Source of the DNA: Candidatus Levyibacteriota bacterium
GTDB lineage: Bacteria > Patescibacteriota > Microgenomatia > Levybacterales > UBA12049
Direction: 5' to 3'
NCBI GenBank assembly: GCA_052034235.1
Contig: JBPOIT010000010.1
Span: 1 to 63,932 of the forward strand
DNA: 63,932 nucleotides
The notes beneath the pieces were generated by a model. That model was given only the letters and a program-made list of their open reading frames with translations. It did no database searches and was not told the origin of the DNA. Below, piece after piece: positions 45,866 through 54,886 of the stretch (position 1 is its first letter; every line of letters starts with the position of its first letter). Made by a program: the position numbers and the translations under genes.

Positions 45866-46465
45866 ATGGATGAGCAGACTGATAAGCAAGTAACTGAGAC
45901 AGAACGACAAATGACTGATGGAGAGATATTGAAATCATTGAGGCCTAAGGTAGAGCAATTCTTTCACAAAAGAGCACACCCAGCATCAAAAACAGCAGGG
46001 TTAGATGCACTATTAATCGTTGATGTCGTTTTCATTATTTCGTTTTTTTGTTTTATAGCTTTCTTGTCTTTAATGGGTATAGATGGCCCCGGCGCAATAG
46101 GTCCAGCGCTTCTTCTTTTTGCTCTTATATCGTACTTTGGCATTCCGCTTGCTTTAATAAGTATCTTTGTAATAATAATATATTTATTTAAATATAGATT
46201 TACTCAACCTATAAAAGCATTGGTGAGTATCGTTGTCCTTGTGCTTTCAGTGTGGTTATTATTTCACTTTTTTAGTGTAGTAGGTCTTTCATACCTACTG
46301 AGCAGTTTATTATCTAATGCTCAGATATTATATAGTCTTGCTTGTTTTGTAGCCATCTGTAGTGCCCTTTATTATTTACTATTTAACAGACGAAATTTAT
46401 TTACGGTTATCTTTTGGTGTTTGATTGCAGTTCTTTCAGTAGTACTCAAAATACTCTATGGTTAG
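45866..46465 (+). CDS. Hypothetical polytopic membrane protein
   Basis: Four or five hydrophobic helices follow a ~45-aa polar N-terminus. No family was recognised. ATG 45866 is preferred over ORF-track GTG 45851. Confidence 0.5.
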   Translation: MDEQTDKQVTETERQMTDGEILKSLRPKVEQFFHKRAHPASKTAGLDALLIVDVVFIISFFCFIAFLSLMGIDGPGAIGPALLLFALISYFGIPLALISIFVIIIYLFKYRFTQPIKALVSIVVLVLSVWLLFHFFSVVGLSYLLSSLLSNAQILYSLACFVAICSALYYLLFNRRNLFTVIFWCLIAVLSVVLKILYG

Positions 46466-46466
46466 G

Positions 46467-48179
46467 TTATTTGGATTCTCCGCCGAGTAACTCCTGGGAT
46501 TTTTTGAGGACTTCTTTCCAGTTTCCTAACTTTTGGGCGACGAGTATATAGGTTTTTGCTTCTTTGACGTCAAAGAACCAGGTGAGGAAGAGATAAATAG
46601 ATAGACCTGCAAGGCTTGAGATGCCTGTTAAGAGGATGAGATCAAAGGTATGGGTTGTGTCAAAGACTAATTGGTCAAGGAGCTTGAGCGGGATGTAGAG
46701 CGCAAAGGCGGTAAACATACTTGATATAAAAAACTTCGTCCAGGGTTTGAGGAGCATACTTTTATCAAAATGGCCGATTCTTTTTTCAAGAATGAGAAAA
46801 AGAATCACAAGCTGCATAATACTTCCAATTGAATACGCAAAAGCGAGTGATTCTACACCTGTCGGGACACATAAATTTCTCAAATGAAGCTGGGTGCAAA
46901 GATTGGCTTCAGGTATAAGCACGACAAAAGAATACGCAATCATCACCATAAAAATCGTTGTCAGTGCACCAACGATCAGTGGCGTTTTTGTGTCATGTAA
47001 TGCATAAAAAGCGCGCAAGACCAGCGTTATAAGGGCTTGAGCAAAGATTGAGATGCTGAAGAAGGCTAGGGTCAGGCCGGTAAGTTTGGTAGCTTCCCAG
47101 TCAAACGCCGATGCACCAAATACCAAACGCACAAAAGGAATACGCAAAACCAAGATTAAAACAGATACAGGTAAAACGAGGTATAACATTTCATTAAAGC
47201 TGGTGATAAATGTCATTTTGAATTGTTCGGGTTTATCTTTTTCCCGTGAAAGGATTGGAAAGGCTGCTTGAGCGATGGTTTGTCCAAAAAGCGCAACTGG
47301 CGCAAATGCCAATGTTTTGGCAAAATCAAAAATAACATTCATACGTCCGGGGTTAGGAAGAAAGGAAATAAGTGCAAGGAGTGCAACAGTACCTAGCTGA
47401 AAGACAATCAGTGACAATGTCCTTGGCCACATCAGTTTACTGATTTTTTTGATTCCTTCAGATTTGATAGCTTCCCTTGCAGGCGTAAAATGAAAACCAA
47501 CTTTCCTTGCCAGTGGAATTTGAACAAGCACGTAAATGAGTCCCCCAATGATGACGCCGATTGTCGCTGCGTAAATTCCTACAAATTGAGAAAAAATGAC
47601 GACGCCAAGTATAATGCCCAAGTTATACAGTGCAGCTGCAATTCCCGGGATAAAAAAATGATTATATGATTGCAGAAGTGCGGTAAAAAAGGTACCTAGG
47701 ATAAAAAGTAATTGTCCAATGATAATAATCCTCATCAAATTAGCCATGAGAGTCATTTGCTCTGCAGAAAAATGTCCGCCCTGATTGAATATCTGCAGGA
47801 ATAAGGGAGCACCTATGGCGAGAATGAGTGATAAAAAGAGAAAGACTGATAACCCCATAAGCAGTAGCGTTGATGCCATCTTATGTGCTTCTGCATCTTT
47901 GTTCTTTGCAAGATAATCAGAAAAAACTGGAATAAATGCTGTTGTGAGTGCAGCGGCTATTGTGAGTTGGAATAGTGTATCCGGTAGTTGTGAAGCATAA
48001 AAATAGATACCCAGCGTATCAGATGCTCCAAAAATACCCACGAGGAGGCGCTGGCGGATAAGTCCCAGAAACTGTGAGAGGATAACAGTTGCCATAATAA
48101 CAAACGCCGCTGAAAGGATATTGGTTTGGCGGCGTGTTAGTAAATCGAGGCTTTTTTTCCACAGAAAATCACTACGCAT
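46467..48179 (-). CDS. murJ: Lipid II flippase MurJ (MviN/MOP family)
   Basis: About 14 TM helices are present with the MurJ N-terminal pattern (ILSAAFVIMATVILSQFLGLIRQRLLVGIFGAS). The start was moved to ATG 48179 (MRSDF...) because the longer ORF-track N-terminus runs through the rpsT/murJ promoter boxes. Confidence 0.8.
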   Translation of the reverse strand: MRSDFLWKKSLDLLTRRQTNILSAAFVIMATVILSQFLGLIRQRLLVGIFGASDTLGIYFYASQLPDTLFQLTIAAALTTAFIPVFSDYLAKNKDAEAHKMASTLLLMGLSVFLFLSLILAIGAPLFLQIFNQGGHFSAEQMTLMANLMRIIIIGQLLFILGTFFTALLQSYNHFFIPGIAAALYNLGIILGVVIFSQFVGIYAATIGVIIGGLIYVLVQIPLARKVGFHFTPAREAIKSEGIKKISKLMWPRTLSLIVFQLGTVALLALISFLPNPGRMNVIFDFAKTLAFAPVALFGQTIAQAAFPILSREKDKPEQFKMTFITSFNEMLYLVLPVSVLILVLRIPFVRLVFGASAFDWEATKLTGLTLAFFSISIFAQALITLVLRAFYALHDTKTPLIVGALTTIFMVMIAYSFVVLIPEANLCTQLHLRNLCVPTGVESLAFAYSIGSIMQLVILFLILEKRIGHFDKSMLLKPWTKFFISSMFTAFALYIPLKLLDQLVFDTTHTFDLILLTGISSLAGLSIYLFLTWFFDVKEAKTYILVAQKLGNWKEVLKKSQELLGGESK

Positions 48180-48199
48180 GAGCGAATATTGTTTTTTTA

Positions 48200-48208
48200 A
48201 GTATATCA
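48200..48208 (-). promoter_or_regulatory. Candidate extended -10 (TGaTATACT) of murJ
   Basis: The minus strand reads TGATATACT, followed by a 20-nt leader to ATG 48179. Confidence 0.4.
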
Positions 48209-48217
48209 TGCTAAAAT
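48209..48217 (+). promoter_or_regulatory. Candidate extended -10 (TGcTAAAAT) 6 nt upstream of the rpsT ATG
   Basis: The sequence reads TGCTAAAAT AGCAAA ATG (ATG 48224). Confidence 0.5.
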
Positions 48218-48223
48218 AGCAAA

Positions 48224-48592
48224 ATGCCAATATTAAAACACGCAAAAAAGAAATTAAAACAAGACAAAAAGCGAGAGCTACATAATCGTGGCTTGAAGAC
48301 CACATTTAAGAACCTTATTAAAGACGCAAACAAGTCACAGACTGCAGAATCAGTAAGTGCAGCTTTTAGTGCAGTTGATAAAGCTGCTAAAAAGAATCTG
48401 ATCCACAAAAACAAAGCAGCTCACATTAAGTCAGCACTTTCAAAAGTAATTGGTGGAACTCCAGCAAGTACAGAAGGTAAAGCTGAAAAAAAAGCTCCCG
48501 CAAAGAAAACAGCTCCAGTTAAGAAAGCCGCTCCTAAAGCAGCTAAGAAACCAGTAGCAAAGAAAGCTCCAAAAAAAGCCGCTAAAAAATAA
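48224..48592 (+). CDS. rpsT: 30S ribosomal protein S20 with Lys/Ala/Pro-rich C-terminal extension
   Basis: The S20 core reads K.AKK.LKQDKKRE..N...K...K......A.........A......DKAAKK..IHKNKAA..KS.L. It is followed by a ~45-aa AKKAPxKK tail. Confidence 0.9.
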   Translation: MPILKHAKKKLKQDKKRELHNRGLKTTFKNLIKDANKSQTAESVSAAFSAVDKAAKKNLIHKNKAAHIKSALSKVIGGTPASTEGKAEKKAPAKKTAPVKKAAPKAAKKPVAKKAPKKAAKK

Positions 48593-48604
48593 CGTTCTCT
48601 CCGA

Positions 48605-48633
48605 TTGACCAGCTTCAGTAAACGCGATATAAT
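48605..48633 (+). promoter_or_regulatory. Candidate promoter of serS (TTGACC-17 nt-TATAAT)
   Basis: TTGACC at 48605-48610 and TATAAT at 48628-48633. ATG 48645 is 11 nt downstream. Confidence 0.55.
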
Positions 48634-48644
48634 CCTTGGTGTTT

Positions 48645-49895
48645 ATGTTAGATATTAAATTCATACGTGAAAATCCTGATCTCGTAAAAACGGCATCCGC
48701 TGCCAAGGGTGTCATTATTAATGTCGAGGAATTGTTACGGATTGATGGAGAGCTGCAAAAACTCCAAAGAGAAGCACAAGTGCTTCGTGAAGAAAGAAAC
48801 ACCATTGCAAAAAGCATACAAGGTAAGCCAACTCCAGAGCAACTTGAACAGGGTAAAAAGGTAAAGGGAGATCTTGATAAAAAAGAATCAGCTATGCAGG
48901 ATGTTGAAGTCAGATTCAACGAAATTATGGTGAGTATTCCAAATCCTGCAAAACCTGACGTCAAAGTTGGAAAAGATGATTCAGAGAACGAGGTTATAAA
49001 AACGCATGGAGAGCCAACGAAATTTTCCTTTACGCCAAAAGATCACCTCGAGTTAGGAGAAGCGTTAGGAATTATTGATACCAAACAGGCTGCTGTTGTG
49101 AGTGGAGCACGGTTTAATTATCTCAAAGGTGACGGAGCGCTTTTGGAAGCAGCTCTCAGACAGTATGCGTTTGATACGCTTCTTAAAGAAGGTTTCATAC
49201 CTGTTGTCCCGCCAGTTCTTATTAAAAAGGAGATTATGGAAGGATTGGGCTACACTGCGATGGGTGAAGCTGATAATATTTTTACGCTTGATAAAGACGG
49301 TTTGTATCTCGTCGGGACTTCAGAACAATCAGTTGTGCCGCTTCACATGAACGATGTACTGAAAAAAGAAGAACTTCCACGCCGTTATGTCAGTTATTCA
49401 AGCTGTTTCCGTCGTGAAGCTGGGAGTTATGGCAAAGACACACGTGGTATTTGGCGGGTACATCAATTTAACAAAGTTGAAATGGTATCATTTGTCGCTG
49501 AGGGAGAAGATGATAAAGAACATGACTTTTTACTAAAAATTGAGCAGAAGTTCTTTCAGGATCTGAAAATCCCGTATCAAGTTTTACGAATTTGCACAGG
49601 TGATCTCGGATTTAACGCTGCCAGAAAATATGATATTGAAGCCTGGTTGCCATCACAGCAGAAGTATGGCGAAGTGACATCAACGTCAACAGTAACTGAT
49701 TTCCAATCTCGCCGTCTTAACATGCGTTATCAGGACGGAGATCAGCGAAAATATCTTAATGTCCTTAACGGCACAGCCTTTTCAATGAACAGACCAATCG
49801 TTGCCATTCTTGAGAATTACCAACAAGAAGATGGTTCTGTTCTTATTCCTGAAGTACTCAGAAAATACATGGGTAAAGATAAGATCACTTCTTAG
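48645..49895 (+). CDS. serS: Serine--tRNA ligase
   Basis: The canonical N-terminus MLDIKFIRENPD, a coiled-coil arm and class II motifs (FRREAGSYGKDTRGIWRVHQF.KVE; TSTS...DFQSRRL; LNGTAFSMNRPIVAILENYQ) are present. ATG 48645 is preferred over GTG 48636. Confidence 0.95.
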   Translation: MLDIKFIRENPDLVKTASAAKGVIINVEELLRIDGELQKLQREAQVLREERNTIAKSIQGKPTPEQLEQGKKVKGDLDKKESAMQDVEVRFNEIMVSIPNPAKPDVKVGKDDSENEVIKTHGEPTKFSFTPKDHLELGEALGIIDTKQAAVVSGARFNYLKGDGALLEAALRQYAFDTLLKEGFIPVVPPVLIKKEIMEGLGYTAMGEADNIFTLDKDGLYLVGTSEQSVVPLHMNDVLKKEELPRRYVSYSSCFRREAGSYGKDTRGIWRVHQFNKVEMVSFVAEGEDDKEHDFLLKIEQKFFQDLKIPYQVLRICTGDLGFNAARKYDIEAWLPSQQKYGEVTSTSTVTDFQSRRLNMRYQDGDQRKYLNVLNGTAFSMNRPIVAILENYQQEDGSVLIPEVLRKYMGKDKITS

Positions 49896-49930
49896 CACAC
49901 TTGTGAGGGGTTTTTTTTGAGGCTGATATA

Positions 49931-49942
49931 TGGTAAGATAAT
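49931..49942 (+). promoter_or_regulatory. Candidate -10 region (TGgTAAGATAAT) ending 6 nt before the secA ATG
   Basis: The sequence reads GATAAT TATTCC ATG (ATG 49949). Confidence 0.4.
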
Positions 49943-49948
49943 TATTCC

Positions 49949-52750
49949 ATGTTAGGTTTCATAAATAAAATTTTCGACTCCAACAAGAAAGAGATTAACA
50001 CCCTCCAGCCGATCGTCTCCAAGATTAACGCGCTTGAAGATGAGTATAAAAAGCTCAAAGACAAAGACTTCCCCAAGAAAACACAGGAATTCAGGGATAG
50101 AATTTCAGATGGAGAAAAGGTACTCGATATTTTGCCTGAAGCCTTTGCGCTTGTTCGCGAAGCTTCGAGAAGAACATTGGGAATGCGCCATTTTGATGAG
50201 CAGCTTATGGGTGCAAGCGTGTTAGCTCAGGGAAAAATTGCTGAGCAAAAAACTGGAGAAGGAAAAACCTTAACTGCTGTGCCCGCACTTTATCTTCATA
50301 GTTTAACTGGTAAAGGTTCACACTTGGTCACCGTCAATGATTACCTTGCTCGTCGTGATGCGGGCTGGATGGGGCCGATTTTCCACTTTTTAGGAACAAC
50401 AGTTGCGTCAATGATTAATAATCAGTCATTTCTGTATGACCCTGAATTTATCGCGACCGACTTAAGTGATTCTCGTTTATTGCATTTAAAACCAATTACC
50501 CGTAAAGAAGCATATCAGGCAAACGTTGTGTACGGTATTAATTCAGAATTTGGATTTGATTATCTCCGGGATAACATGGCCCAAAGCCTTGATGAAGTAG
50601 TCCAGCAAGGTTATTATTTCGCCATTGTTGATGAGGTCGACTCTGTTCTTATCGATGAGGCTCGAACACCTCATATTATCTCAGCCCCTGATGAATCACC
50701 TTCTCAAAAATATTATGAATATGCAGAAGTCGTCAAAAAATTATCGGCAGAAACAGATTTTAAGATTGATGAAAAATTCCGTACAGCACATCTGACAGAT
50801 CATGGGATCGGCAAAATTGAAAAACTGTATGGGATAGGCGATATCTATGAAAAAGATTTTGATACCGTTTACCATTTGGAAGCAGCACTCAAAGCCCGAA
50901 CACTCTTTCATCGAGAGAAAGATTACATCGTCAAGGATAATCAGGTCATTTTAGTTGACGAATTTACCGGACGTTTGCTTGAAGGACGTCGTTTGTCAGA
51001 AGGTATCCATCAGGCAATTGAAGCAAAAGAAAATGTTACGATCCAGCGTGAATCAAAAACACTCGCGACGGTTTCTCTTCAGAATTACTTCCGCATGTAT
51101 GAGCGACTTGCAGGTATGACAGGTACTGCTGTGACAGAAGCGGAGGAGTTCCGAAAAATTTATAACCTTGACGTTGTCGTTATTCCAACCCACCGCAATG
51201 TTGCAAGAATTGACCATCCTGATGCTGTGTATAAAACGCAGCGTGCAAAATTAGGTGCAGTCGTCAATGCTATTGAAGAAGCTCACAAAAAAGGTCAGCC
51301 TGTGCTTGTGGGTACAACCTCGATTGATAAGAATCAAATTATCTCAGAATTTTTGAAACGGAGAAAAATTCCACATGAACTGTTAAATGCGAAAAACCAT
51401 TTGAGAGAAGCAGAAATTATTTCCCAAGCTGGTAAAAAAGGTGCTGTAACAGTAGCTACCAACATGGCAGGTCGTGGTGTGGATATCGTGCTTGGCGGAG
51501 AACCACCAAAGGACGCAGAAGGGATTACCGATACAAAATCACCGCTGTATAAAAAATGGGAAAAAGAACATGATGAAATCCTCAAAATCGGCGGTTTATT
51601 TGTTATCGGCACGGAGCGTCATGAATCACGACGTATCGATAATCAGCTTAGGGGTCGTTCAGGTCGTCAAGGTGATCCCGGCGCATCGCGTTTCTTTGTG
51701 GCGCTTGATGATGACATCATGCGACTTTTTGGCGGCGATCGTATTGCAGGTATTATGACCAGATTTAATATGCCTGAGGATGTGCCGCTTGAACACTCAC
51801 TGGTTTCTCGTTCTATTGAGAACGCTCAGGTCAAAGTGGAAGGATTTAATTTCGATACGAGAAAGCATTTAGTTAAATATGATGACGTGCTTAACAGACA
51901 GAGAGAAATTATTTATAAATTCAGAAGAGAGATTCTTGAAGCTTCAAAAGATAATGACACATCTACCAAAGAAGAAATCAGTTCCAGACTGCATGCTGCA
52001 ATAAACGCGCTTGTCGATCTCTCATTTGCCAAAGCAGATGGTGGTACGCCAAATGAAGCTATCATGGAAGAATTCAGTACTATTATTCCTTTTGATGAAG
52101 CTTCACAAAAACAAATCATCAAACAGCTCGAACAAGTTCATGAAGCAGAAGCTAAAAAAGAGTTTCTTATCAAAATGATGGATGATCTTTATGAACATCG
52201 AGAAAAGCAGGTCGGATCACCGCTTATGCGTCAAGTCGAGCGTTTTGTCATGCTTTCAGTGGTTGATAATCTGTGGATGAACCATCTTGATGCTATTGAT
52301 AATCTTAGAGGCGGCATTGGGCTTCGGGGATATGCCCAGCGAGATCCACTCGTTGAATACAAAAATGAAGCGTACAGAATGTTTGAGTCACTTATGTTTG
52401 CAATTGATGACGATATTGTCCACAGGATCTACAAGGTGCAAATCCAAGCTGGACCTACAAATCCTCCTCATGGAGCCGCAGGGCACGTTCACGAGACACA
52501 CACGCACGCTGACGGTACCGTGCATAACGGTCCCGCGCATCCAGATCAGGCAGCACCCGCTGCTGCGGAGGCAGTTTTGCCAAAAGCGAAAAAGAAAAAA
52601 ATGATCACCAACACACCTGAAAGCGAAGTTTCAGAAGGTGCTCAAGCCCCAATAAAATCAGCCGCCAAACTCAATCGCAATGACCCATGTCCGTGCGGCT
52701 CGGGTAAAAAGTGGAAAAAGTGTCATTACCCTGATGTTCCGACTGTTTAA
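49949..52750 (+). CDS. secA: Preprotein translocase ATPase SecA
   Basis: MRHFDEQLMG, Walker A (EQKTGEGKTL), DEVDSVLIDEARTP, TNMAGRGVDI and the C-terminal zinc finger CPCGSGKKWKKCH are present. Confidence 0.95.
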   Translation: MLGFINKIFDSNKKEINTLQPIVSKINALEDEYKKLKDKDFPKKTQEFRDRISDGEKVLDILPEAFALVREASRRTLGMRHFDEQLMGASVLAQGKIAEQKTGEGKTLTAVPALYLHSLTGKGSHLVTVNDYLARRDAGWMGPIFHFLGTTVASMINNQSFLYDPEFIATDLSDSRLLHLKPITRKEAYQANVVYGINSEFGFDYLRDNMAQSLDEVVQQGYYFAIVDEVDSVLIDEARTPHIISAPDESPSQKYYEYAEVVKKLSAETDFKIDEKFRTAHLTDHGIGKIEKLYGIGDIYEKDFDTVYHLEAALKARTLFHREKDYIVKDNQVILVDEFTGRLLEGRRLSEGIHQAIEAKENVTIQRESKTLATVSLQNYFRMYERLAGMTGTAVTEAEEFRKIYNLDVVVIPTHRNVARIDHPDAVYKTQRAKLGAVVNAIEEAHKKGQPVLVGTTSIDKNQIISEFLKRRKIPHELLNAKNHLREAEIISQAGKKGAVTVATNMAGRGVDIVLGGEPPKDAEGITDTKSPLYKKWEKEHDEILKIGGLFVIGTERHESRRIDNQLRGRSGRQGDPGASRFFVALDDDIMRLFGGDRIAGIMTRFNMPEDVPLEHSLVSRSIENAQVKVEGFNFDTRKHLVKYDDVLNRQREIIYKFRREILEASKDNDTSTKEEISSRLHAAINALVDLSFAKADGGTPNEAIMEEFSTIIPFDEASQKQIIKQLEQVHEAEAKKEFLIKMMDDLYEHREKQVGSPLMRQVERFVMLSVVDNLWMNHLDAIDNLRGGIGLRGYAQRDPLVEYKNEAYRMFESLMFAIDDDIVHRIYKVQIQAGPTNPPHGAAGHVHETHTHADGTVHNGPAHPDQAAPAAAEAVLPKAKKKKMITNTPESEVSEGAQAPIKSAAKLNRNDPCPCGSGKKWKKCHYPDVPTV

Positions 52751-52790
52751 ATACTAGTTGAGTTTCTCGTTATTCTTCTTTTCTCAAATT

Positions 52791-52799
52791 TGTTACACT
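52791..52799 (+). promoter_or_regulatory. Candidate extended -10 (TGtTACACT) 6 nt upstream of ATG 52806
   Basis: The sequence reads TGTTACACT GAGGAT ATG. Confidence 0.4.
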
Positions 52800-52805
52800 G
52801 AGGAT

Positions 52806-53417
52806 ATGTTTAAAGAGCAGCTCTTAAAAATTCCCCCACGCCATACCCACGTTAATCCTATCGTTAAGGCGTATATTTATTCTGAAACCTTTTTATGGTC
52901 AGGTTGGTACTTGGTTATTCCGATCACTGCTCTTTTTGCAACAACAAGTATAGTTGGTGGAAACATCCAATTTGCGGCTACGGGATTTAGCGTCTATCTG
53001 GTAACGAGGGTTGTTTTTGAATTGATCAGTGGACAATATTTGGCGAAAACAACAGATAAAAAAAAGCTCATCGTGGCCGCAATTGGAGTCGTACTAACGA
53101 GTTTAGGGTTATTTAGTTTTGCGTTATCAAATACAATTGTCGGATTTTTTATTAGTTATGCAATTGGAGGAATGGGTATGGGAATTGGTACTCCTGCAAA
53201 AAATGCCTTGTTTTCAATTCACATGGACAAAAATCTTGAGACAGCAGAATGGAGCATAGCTGATGGTGTAACGCTGATCGGAATGGCTATGGCGACAGCC
53301 CTCGGAGGCTTCGTCGCTGCAGCTTATGGTTTCCAAGTCTTATTTATAGGTGCTGGAGCAGTAACGTTATTAGGAGTGCTTCCGTATCTTCTGATGCTAA
53401 TTACCCATAAAAAATAA
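52806..53417 (+). CDS. Six-TM membrane protein resembling one half of an MFS transporter
   Basis: About 6 hydrophobic helices are present with Gly-rich packing (AIGGMGMGIGTPAKNALFS; ATALGGFVAAAYG). At 203 aa it is half the size of a normal MFS protein. Confidence 0.4.
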   Translation: MFKEQLLKIPPRHTHVNPIVKAYIYSETFLWSGWYLVIPITALFATTSIVGGNIQFAATGFSVYLVTRVVFELISGQYLAKTTDKKKLIVAAIGVVLTSLGLFSFALSNTIVGFFISYAIGGMGMGIGTPAKNALFSIHMDKNLETAEWSIADGVTLIGMAMATALGGFVAAAYGFQVLFIGAGAVTLLGVLPYLLMLITHKK

Positions 53418-53418
53418 C

Positions 53419-54735
53419 TTATTGGAGTTTTGCTGCGACAAAAGTGCATTCACGGCCTGCTGGAATGATATTGGGACCAAGCGTTGCACAAGCTGCGGTT
53501 AAAGAGACGGTAGGAAGTACTTCGTTATTTGGATTATCATCAGCTACATATTTAACACATACTCTGTTATACCATTGAACTTGCTCCAAGGTGATACTTT
53601 TTTTTCTCAAATAGGTCACTATGCGTTTTGGCATGACAAAATCTTGTGCGATGATAGTAAGACCTTCAGTGAGTAGATCCTCAAGTGTTTTCCAGCGGTC
53701 TTCTCCTCCATGTGTCGTATCGCCTTTCGGCATGGCAACTCCTTGTGATCTATTGATCAGATGAGCTTTTTCTCCTGCCCACGAGACTTTTACAACTTTG
53801 CCTGCTGCTCGTGCAGCTTTCAATTCATCAAATGTGCGGATAAATGATGTTGGAATAAATAGCTTTTTCAGTCTATCGAAACGGTCAGCGCTTAACGATT
53901 CTGTCCAGAACTTCGATAATTCTTTTTCAAATAATAAAGCAAATACACCTTTATTTACCAAAGCATTATAGACACCGTTTGAGAGTAGCTTTTCCTTAGG
54001 CAATCCAAGTTTGAAAAACGCTTCAGGTGCAAAGGTTGGTTCCAAAATTACACCGTCATATATGTCCCAATCAACAGAAATGCGTCCACTCATAATGTCA
54101 TGTTCGTTTAGGTGATGCATTGTGAGTGTGCCTTTTGAAAGTGTATCAACAAATTCAATAAACTTGTCAGCGTTGACATTATGAGGATTATCAACACGAA
54201 CATGTGCAATTGTGTATACTTTTTTATTTTTCGCTTGGCACATTGCTTTCAATGTCGGGATCAGCTTTGCAGCAGTTGATTCTTGGAGGGTTTTCAAACC
54301 GTATGCAAATTCTGTAGCCATATAGAGTGCACTTGCTCCGTCTTGGCCTTCAATCTCATTTACAAACATGTCATTTTTTTCATCAAGAATGATATCAACG
54401 CGCCATGTTGGGGGTACAGCATAGTTTAAACCGTCTCCGAGGAGTTTTTTATATTCATCAGGCAAAGTTTTTAACGCCTTTGCAAGAAAAATAATATCAT
54501 TACCAAGTTGTTCAAGCTTTTGTTGTGAGCCTTTTGGAAGAGAAATTGGTTCTGCGGATATACGGAAGGTTGGTTCTTTACTCTCTCTATAGAAAGGACC
54601 GAGATCTTTAATAACTTCATAGACATGGTTAGCCGATGCAACAAGTCTGTCAAAATTTGAAAGACTCAATCCAAGTCGCTGCGCATGCGCCTTACGATCA
54701 TTTTCATGTAACTGTGATACCTGCTGAACGTTCAT
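53419..54735 (-). CDS. Uncharacterised protein, candidate circularly permuted or glutathionylspermidine-synthase-like ATP-grasp amidoligase
   Basis: WRVDIILDEKNDMFVNEIEGQDGAS (aa 111-135) resembles the R.D...dg....E.N.D.P strand that comes early in GspS-like and circularly permuted ATP-grasp proteins. IPTSF...GKVVKVSWAGEKAHLINRSQG (aa ~294-331), IIAQDFVMP (aa 361-369) and the C-terminal PAGREC follow in the order expected for that family. No search was run. Confidence 0.4.
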   Translation of the reverse strand: MNVQQVSQLHENDRKAHAQRLGLSLSNFDRLVASANHVYEVIKDLGPFYRESKEPTFRISAEPISLPKGSQQKLEQLGNDIIFLAKALKTLPDEYKKLLGDGLNYAVPPTWRVDIILDEKNDMFVNEIEGQDGASALYMATEFAYGLKTLQESTAAKLIPTLKAMCQAKNKKVYTIAHVRVDNPHNVNADKFIEFVDTLSKGTLTMHHLNEHDIMSGRISVDWDIYDGVILEPTFAPEAFFKLGLPKEKLLSNGVYNALVNKGVFALLFEKELSKFWTESLSADRFDRLKKLFIPTSFIRTFDELKAARAAGKVVKVSWAGEKAHLINRSQGVAMPKGDTTHGGEDRWKTLEDLLTEGLTIIAQDFVMPKRIVTYLRKKSITLEQVQWYNRVCVKYVADDNPNNEVLPTVSLTAACATLGPNIIPAGRECTFVAAKLQ

Positions 54736-54755
54736 ATGAGTATTAGAAAAAAAAT

Positions 54756-54784
54756 ATTATATCCCCACCATAACTAAAAAGCAA
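54756..54784 (-). promoter_or_regulatory. Candidate promoter of the 438-aa gene (TTGCTT-17 nt-TATAAT)
   Basis: On the minus strand, TTGCTT (54784-54779) is followed by a 17-nt spacer, TATAAT (54761-54756) and a 20-nt leader to ATG 54735. Confidence 0.5.
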
Positions 54785-54886
54785 TGGCGAAGTTCGATAG
54801 TTATTATGTATATAATATGTAGAAATAAAGCCTGGTCGATAATAGTTGAAAACCTATAGAACGTCAGGGCGGTATGAGCCTATTGA

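Noticed and set aside
49896-49925. A T8 run after serS (GAGGGGTTTTTTTTGAGG) as an intrinsic terminator.
   Set aside because: No convincing GC-rich stem precedes the T-run; there is only a 4-bp CACA/TGTG pairing. It is left unannotated.
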